A DNA stretch of 64,000 nt from Candidatus Daviesbacteria bacterium (lineage in GTDB: Bacteria > Patescibacteriota > Microgenomatia > Daviesbacterales > UBA10151), in NCBI GenBank assembly GCA_016183305.1, contig JACPEW010000018.1, forward strand, positions 2,280 through 66,279, in the 5' to 3' direction. Shown here piece after piece: positions 60,072 through 64,000 of this stretch. The notes below the pieces were generated by a model. That model had not been told where the DNA came from, did not search any database, and saw only the letters and a program-made list of their open reading frames with translations. How positions within the stretch are numbered: position 1 is the first letter of the stretch; every line of letters starts with the position of its first letter. The position numbers and the translations under genes were made by a program.

Positions 60072-63000
60072 TTTGTCACACTTTCTTCTCTAGATTGAGA
60101 AAACGATTCCCTCAGTCGCTTACCTGTTAGTTGCAGGTACAGCGCATTAAGAACATTAAATTTTGATGGTCCTATTTCACCTTGAAGTAGTTTCGTTTGA
60201 ATCACCCTATCCATAATATCAGTTCTGTTTTGCACAGTCGCAACATCTCCTTTGCCTCGCGTATGAATTAATACTGCCAAGTCGTAAAGAGTCTGAAAGT
60301 CTTGTGGTATTTCAATATGAGCTTGCTTTAATGCTTCCGTTCGTTCATTTCCACTCATATCTTTTAAGCTATCCTGTCCCTCGTTCATCCTCAGAAAAGA
60401 GCTTCTTAAACTTGGAGGGAATCTATCAGCAACGCCTGTGCTAGGGGTTACATAGCCGGAAGCAACATTTGCAAAGGCTTCTTGAGGACTAACAATGCCA
60501 CTGTCTCCCACAATAGTCTTTATACCTTCTGGAGCTTCCGCAAGCCATTGTAATGCTGGTCCATGTTCCCTAAGGTTAAACTTAAGAGCTAAATCTAAAT
60601 AACGTCCAGAGACTTGCTCAATATCTCCCGAGCTTTGTTCGCTACCATTTACAAGATGATCTTCTATCGCCGATACTAAAAGAAATTCAATACCAGTTAG
60701 TCTATTTTCCTTGACTGAACGCTCCATTCTACTTCGGATTTCCCTTTGTCTTAAGGTTGGGGTAACTCTTTTTAGCGCAAAATAGGCAAGTGCCAAAGCG
60801 GCAATAGGAAGACCTGTTTCTGTAGCTACTTTGCCAATTCCATCCCACTCAGAAACTTTTTCTGTAACCTCTTCGGGTTTAAGTAGCTGCGGAGGAAGAT
60901 AATGATCAGATTGCTTTTGTAGGTTCTGTTTTATTCTCTCGATTCTTTGATCAGGTACAGGACTAACCGGAGCTCCTACAGATGGTTGACTATCTGGTGA
61001 ACCAAAGGGCATATCTCCCGGCAGTACATAAGGAGTGTTATCCACTAGATATAGAGTACCATCGGGTAAATAAACCACATTATTTTGGTGGGATATATAA
61101 GAAAACAAAGTACCATTTATATTATAGAGTGTATTTCCTGGCTGATTGGCTATCTTGACTCCAGCGGATTCTAATAATTCTTTGGTTACATTAGAAGCAA
61201 CGCTACAAAAGTATTTTGCCTGTGGATCTTCAGCAACAGAGACAATACTATCAAACCCCGTGCTTTTTTTATTGATCTGGAAATCCAAACCATAAGCTCT
61301 AGTATTAGAATATTGCGCAAACAAAGTAAGATATTTCGTAACAATATTTGCAGCTTGAGTTCGATCCTTATTTTCACTAATTTGCCAAACAATCATTTCC
61401 TGTAAGAAATTCTTATGGAGCGTTTGTAATTTAGGATCATTTCTTAACTGATCATTAATTTCCATTGCTTTTGTCATATCAAACTTAGGGTTATATTCCC
61501 CAAAAGGAGAAATCCTTCCTAAAGACTGTACTCTGCCTGAAGTATCATTTAGCGTTTCTCTGGGCACTGGTTTAACCATAACAACGACTTCACTTGGCAT
61601 ATCTTTGGCGTCCTGCCAAAAAAGAGCTTTTTCCTTATTCATCATTGGAACCTTACCTCCAACTTGATAGGTACTTATTATCTCCCACCCAGAAGGTGGG
61701 TATAGACTTTGGTATACAATTTTGGGTTTATAAACCAAAATATCATCACCCCCGGGGACTAATTGAGTCTCTTCAAACAAGTTAACCCTATATGCATTTC
61801 CGAACGGTTCTAAAGGTTGTCCTTGCAAAGCCATAGGTTTACCGCCTACAAATTGCTCAATAGGGAAATACCCAATTGCTTCGCCATTTTGTCCGCTAAA
61901 CTCACCTTTTGGTAGCTGCAAAATATCAGCGTAAGCAAGAGGTCTTAGTCCTCGAAGTTCGGCAAGAGATATGCGGTCAGGCAGTCTGTCTTCGTATCGG
62001 GGCATTACCAATCCTCCAGAGCTTTGTGTAGCTGATTCCCTCACTGGCAACTTTACTTTAAAGCCAGCTAGATCAACTGTGTTTGAGGGGAGTTCTATCC
62101 TTGGCACCTCAACACCCATTTTATTTAATTGCGTTAATACTTCACCACCTCCAAAAATCAAGGCACCAACAACAAGAGACATCGTTGATAAACGGGCAAT
62201 ATTTGACCATAAGAGAGTGTCTCGTGTTCTTTGTGAAAGTCTTTGAGTAAAGCTGCTTTCATTCTTTCGTATTTCTGAATGCGCTAGTGCTCTCAACCTT
62301 CTTTGTTTTTCAGCAATTTGTCTCTCTACATCTTCCAAACTTGCAACAGAAGTAGCTTTATAAGCCTCCCAATCTATTGAGCCGTCCTTTTTAATATACT
62401 TTCCTAATTTTTCGCTTAATTCTGACAATAAGCTTGTCCTTACCCTTTCTTCCTGCGGTGAAGGTGCTAAAAGTTGTATTGTAAGATCATTACTTCTGGA
62501 AACAGAGGTCCCTTTTTTAATACTCATAGCAACCTCAGCGCCTTCTCTAAGTGGACCTTTCATTTCTATTTCAAAAATTGAATCGGCTATTTTTATATTG
62601 AGGCTACCACCGGCTGAAAGATAATCTTCAACAAAACCTCTTAAAGTAAGCGGTAAATCTGCATATCTCCCTCGGAAACTACCTGCAGCAGCAAGTTCTG
62701 CTACAATTTTGCCTTGCTGAACGTTTATAGTACCATTACTTTCCGACATAAACTTTGTTAATGCTGAGACTGCTCCGTGTTTGTGTTCTTCCAAATTCCT
62801 GCGCGTGTACCGCATATTTTCACCAGTTTCTTTTATTACTTCCTTTATTCCTAATGCTTGTGTTGCATCCTGTAAACCCAAAGCTTTAACTAAAACCTGG
62901 CAAAAAGCTTTTGAGGAAACAACAACGGCTTTTCTCCCTTCAGCTTCAAGCCTTCTTTTTATACTTTCATCCTGTGTTATAAGAACATCTTCCGGAAAAT

Positions 63001-64000
63001 TTCTCTCTTGGGCAATTTTCCTCCAAGCCAATACTAAAGCTTGACTCGTGTTGGCAGGTAAATTAGAAAAAATGGATTGATCAATTCCTGCTTCAGTACA
63101 GACTTCGTCCTCTTTGACTTCAACACAATTTTCTAAAATTCTGGAAAAAATCGTTGGATTTTCACAATGTTTTAAAGTAACAGCAATTAAATCTTTTGCA
63201 CTTCCGTCAATTGTGACCGAGTCTTTTGATCTGGATGGATTATAACCATACCTTGCTGTTACGCTTGGATCTCCAAATCCATAAAAACTCCAATTTAGTG
63301 CGTATCTTGCATCCCATCCCCATGTTCGTAGTTTTAGCCCACCTTCATACATAAATTCCACAGTTTTAGCTCCTGCATTTCTTCCAACCAGATCATCAGG
63401 CAAAATTTCGACTTTATGAGATGATTTCTGAACGGTTTCTGGGGATTCACAAAGCATCCTTCTGGTCTCTTCTTCTGTAAAAGATTGGCCATCTACAGAT
63501 TCTCCAATTTGAATTACCATCAAGTTAGCTGATTTAGGAGCTATCTCGGATCCTTTCAATTTACAACCTTCGTAGCGAGGATTTGCTGGTAAAAAAGAAG
63601 TTGGAATACCTTTAAGTGCTTCTACGATAGATTGATCAGGATTATCAATTCCTACAACTGTTTCGGTAACGTCGTTAGGAGTATATTCGTATTCCACTAC
63701 AAAGCGGGGTGCTTTTTGATGTACTGGATCCATAATTTTCATTTTTCCTTTTCCTCTCCAGGCATATATTTGATCTTGCACATTCTTAGCCCTTGAAGAA
63801 TAATCTATTGAAGATATATGCTGGTCAGTTAGAGCAGCTGTTGCGGCAACAGTTCCGCCTCTACCGTGTTTACCTAAAGTTGCACTTTCGGCTGTATGGG
63901 CAATATCTGCTATTTGGTAAGGAGATAACCCTTCAGAGCCAGCAATCTTGTTATGGAATTCAATTCTTACTGGACTAGGAGTTTCACCGGTAAGTTCAGT
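60068..64000 (-). CDS. Giant two-TM protein with transglutaminase-like cysteine-protease core (5' end beyond window)
   Basis: The reading frame stays open from 63781 to the window edge; I translated 73 further codons with no stop. The Cys-His-Asp layout is KYFCSVASNVTKELLESAGV ... SHQNNVVYLPDGTLYLVDNTP. TM segments lie near residues 520 and 985 of the track ORF. Confidence 0.6.
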   Translation of the reverse strand, partial: TELTGETPSPVRIEFHNKIAGSEGLSPYQIADIAHTAESATLGKHGRGGTVAATAALTDQHISSIDYSSRAKNVQDQIYAWRGKGKMKIMDPVHQKAPRFVVEYEYTPNDVTETVVGIDNPDQSIVEALKGIPTSFLPANPRYEGCKLKGSEIAPKSANLMVIQIGESVDGQSFTEEETRRMLCESPETVQKSSHKVEILPDDLVGRNAGAKTVEFMYEGGLKLRTWGWDARYALNWSFYGFGDPSVTARYGYNPSRSKDSVTIDGSAKDLIAVTLKHCENPTIFSRILENCVEVKEDEVCTEAGIDQSIFSNLPANTSQALVLAWRKIAQERNFPEDVLITQDESIKRRLEAEGRKAVVVSSKAFCQVLVKALGLQDATQALGIKEVIKETGENMRYTRRNLEEHKHGAVSALTKFMSESNGTINVQQGKIVAELAAAGSFRGRYADLPLTLRGFVEDYLSAGGSLNIKIADSIFEIEMKGPLREGAEVAMSIKKGTSVSRSNDLTIQLLAPSPQEERVRTSLLSELSEKLGKYIKKDGSIDWEAYKATSVASLEDVERQIAEKQRRLRALAHSEIRKNESSFTQRLSQRTRDTLLWSNIARLSTMSLVVGALIFGGGEVLTQLNKMGVEVPRIELPSNTVDLAGFKVKLPVRESATQSSGGLVMPRYEDRLPDRISLAELRGLRPLAYADILQLPKGEFSGQNGEAIGYFPIEQFVGGKPMALQGQPLEPFGNAYRVNLFEETQLVPGGDDILVYKPKIVYQSLYPPSGWEIISTYQVGGKVPMMNKEKALFWQDAKDMPSEVVVMVKPVPRETLNDTSGRVQSLGRISPFGEYNPKFDMTKAMEINDQLRNDPKLQTLHKNFLQEMIVWQISENKDRTQAANIVTKYLTLFAQYSNTRAYGLDFQINKKSTGFDSIVSVAEDPQAKYFCSVASNVTKELLESAGVKIANQPGNTLYNINGTLFSYISHQNNVVYLPDGTLYLVDNTPYVLPGDMPFGSPDSQPSVGAPVSPVPDQRIERIKQNLQKQSDHYLPPQLLKPEEVTEKVSEWDGIGKVATETGLPIAALALAYFALKRVTPTLRQREIRSRMERSVKENRLTGIEFLLVSAIEDHLVNGSEQSSGDIEQVSGRYLDLALKFNLREHGPALQWLAEAPEGIKTIVGDSGIVSPQEAFANVASGYVTPSTGVADRFPPSLRSSFLRMNEGQDSLKDMSGNERTEALKQAHIEIPQDFQTLYDLAVLIHTRGKGDVATVQNRTDIMDRVIQTKLLQGEIGPSKFNVLNALYLQLTGKRLRESFSQSREESVTK

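Noticed and set aside
60068-63781. The start codon at 63781 as the true N-terminus of the giant protein, and the antisense ORFs at 61186..61392, 61594..61785, 61971..62246, 62781..63044 and 63793..63978
   Set aside because: The frame remains open upstream to the window edge, so 63781 is only an internal codon. The other ORFs are shadows of the long frame.
1-64000. Alternative genetic code (UGA recoding as in some CPR lineages)
   Set aside because: Long uninterrupted ORFs with conserved motifs terminate normally at TGA, TAA or TAG under the standard code. There is no sign of in-frame TGA inside conserved domains.

Overview
This is a low-GC, gene-dense bacterial segment with standard-code ORFs. 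By inference from protein types and repeat families it looks like a CPR/Patescibacteria (Microgenomates-like) genome. I call about 80 protein genes and 6 tRNAs: Leu-UAA, Pro-UGG, Gly-UCC, Arg-UCU, His-GUG and Arg-UCG. There are no rRNA genes, CRISPR arrays, integrases or transposases. The core content is a pentose-phosphate/sugar block (cupin-type PGI, zwf, gnd, ROK glucokinase, fused transketolase) plus msrA/msrB, pyrD, dinB, UDP-xylose synthase, a DEAD-box helicase, Dus, a DAO-like oxidase, a sortase, two GH63-like paralogs and two Fic proteins. The main second-look items are listed here. (1) A family of short palindromic elements with GTCATTCC/GGAATGAC termini has at least six copies; four lie inside ORFs without breaking the frame (dinB, a NicO-type transporter, a polytopic membrane protein, the transketolase C-terminus). 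(2) A second repeat family (TTTGAC/KSKVK type) forms the linker of a fused transketolase and the N-terminal signal region of a secreted glycosidase. (3) An integrase-less tandem array of related modules sits directly downstream of tRNA-Gly, with repeated junction sequences and a degenerate tRNA 3' end copy; it carries duplicated Bro-N genes, duplicated 54-aa ORFs, an NYN protein and a decayed aminotransferase with an attenuator-like leader. (4) A Fic gene is bracketed by 32-bp direct repeats built from three 9-mers, and a second Fic gene sits behind a near-consensus promoter with a palindromic operator; both look leaderless. (5) A decayed accessory region lies downstream of tRNA-His. (6) A partial ORF of more than 1,300 aa with a transglutaminase-like core and atypical composition lies next to tRNA-Arg. 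(7) There are also smaller candidates: a structured-RNA locus, start-proximal hairpins at an RRM gene and the DEAD-box helicase gene, and a GGGTTAAC...GTTAACCC element upstream of two tRNAs. All functional calls come from motif recognition by eye in the supplied translations; no database search was run.
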